A stretch of 64,000 nucleotides of DNA, from NCBI GenBank assembly GCA_963766735.1, contig CAVYBU010000017.1, positions 64,001 through 128,000 on the forward strand. The letters run 5' to 3'. Under the pieces are notes generated by a model. That model was not told where the DNA came from. It made no database searches and worked only from the letters and a program-made list of their open reading frames with translations. Positions 63,195 through 64,000 of the stretch are shown here, in pieces. This DNA is from an uncultured Chloroflexia bacterium (GTDB lineage Bacteria; Chloroflexota; Limnocylindria; Limnocylindrales; CSP1-4). Within the stretch, counting starts at the first letter, position 1. Each line of letters starts with the position of its first letter. A program made the translations under genes and the position numbers.

Positions 63195-64000
63195 ATGCCC
63201 GGCAAGGTTGCCTCGATGCGCGACGCCATCGCGGACCTCGTGCGGGACGGCGACACGGTCGCGATCGAGGGATTCACGCACCTGATCGGCTTCTCGGCCG
63301 GCCACGAGATCATCCGCCAGGGCCGGCGGGACCTGACCCTGGCGCGGATGACCCCGGACGTCATCTACGACCAGATGATCGCAGGCGGCGTGGCCCGCAA
63401 GCTGATCTTCTCCTGGCTCGGCAACCCGGGCGTCGGCGGGCTGAATGCCATCCGCCGGCGGATCGAGCCGGCGTCGCTGGGCGGCAACCCGCCCCTGGAG
63501 ATCGAGGAGTACAGCCACTTCGGCATGGTCGCCCGGTACACCGCCGGCGCCGCCAACCTGCCGTTCATGCCCCTGCGCTCCTACTTCGAGACCGACCTGC
63601 CGAAGGCGAACCCGCTCATCCGCGAGATCCGCTCGCCGTACTCGGACGAGACCGTCTACGCGGTGCCCCCGCTCAACCCGGACGTCGCCGTCATCCACGC
63701 CCAGCGCGCGGACTCCAGCGGCAACACCCAGATCTGGGGACTTCTCGGCTGCCAGAAGGAGGCCGCCTTCGCCGCCGATCGCGTGATCGTCGTGGTGGAG
63801 GAGCTCGTGGACGAGGCGGTGATCCGTTCGGACCCGAACCGCACCGTGATCCCCGGCCTGATCGTGGACGCGGTGGTGGTGGACCCGTTCGGCGCCCACC
63901 CCTCGTACGTGCAGGGCGCCTACGACCGGGACAACCGCTTCTACCTGGACTGGGACCCGATCAGCCGGGACGAGGAGAAGGTCCAGGCGTGGCTCCGCGA
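63195..64000 (+). CDS. CoA-transferase subunit A, glutaconate/3-oxoadipate (GctA/CatI) type, 3' truncated
   Basis: Hand-translated MPGKVASMRDAIADLVRDGDTVAIEGFTHLI...HEIIRQGRRDLTLARMTPD...FSWLGNPGVG; GGAGG RBS. Confidence 0.88.
   Translation, partial: MPGKVASMRDAIADLVRDGDTVAIEGFTHLIGFSAGHEIIRQGRRDLTLARMTPDVIYDQMIAGGVARKLIFSWLGNPGVGGLNAIRRRIEPASLGGNPPLEIEEYSHFGMVARYTAGAANLPFMPLRSYFETDLPKANPLIREIRSPYSDETVYAVPPLNPDVAVIHAQRADSSGNTQIWGLLGCQKEAAFAADRVIVVVEELVDEAVIRSDPNRTVIPGLIVDAVVVDPFGAHPSYVQGAYDRDNRFYLDWDPISRDEEKVQAWLR

Overview
Very GC-rich, gene-dense bacterial chromosome segment with about 55 genes. Gene content and protein style suggest Chloroflexota (Limnocylindria/Ellin6529-like); this is inference, as no marker gene is present. 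Main blocks: (1) Rieske quaternary-amine demethylase-like oxygenase + c-di-AMP receptor + homocysteine methyltransferase domain; (2) xth with an archaeal-type AF1403/DUF5612 ACT regulator; (3) serpin lipoprotein, LOG, MarR-MFS, F420 enzymes; (4) Ni-SOD sodN/sodX and, about 37 kb away, a Ni/Co ECF transporter with a Nur-like regulator; (5) a frameshifted lysA; (6) a large alpha-glucan locus (GH13, TreS-maltokinase, glgE, PlmA-like GntR, GH57, glgP, glgA, glgM); (7) tRNA-Gly(TCC) with two decayed downstream copies bracketing an ABC transporter; (8) a secreted CxxCH protein on a 31x PTAA stalk with a sortase-like anchor, next to an orphan TadA/CpaF ATPase fused to a degenerate Rid domain; (9) a Pyrococcus FOR-like tungsten oxidoreductase followed by an aldehyde dehydrogenase, a class III aminotransferase and a CoA-transferase. 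No CRISPR, integrase or transposase was seen. The best novelty candidates are the stalked heme protein, the TadA-Rid fusion and the FOR-linked amine/semialdehyde cluster. All family calls are from motif recognition, not database searches.
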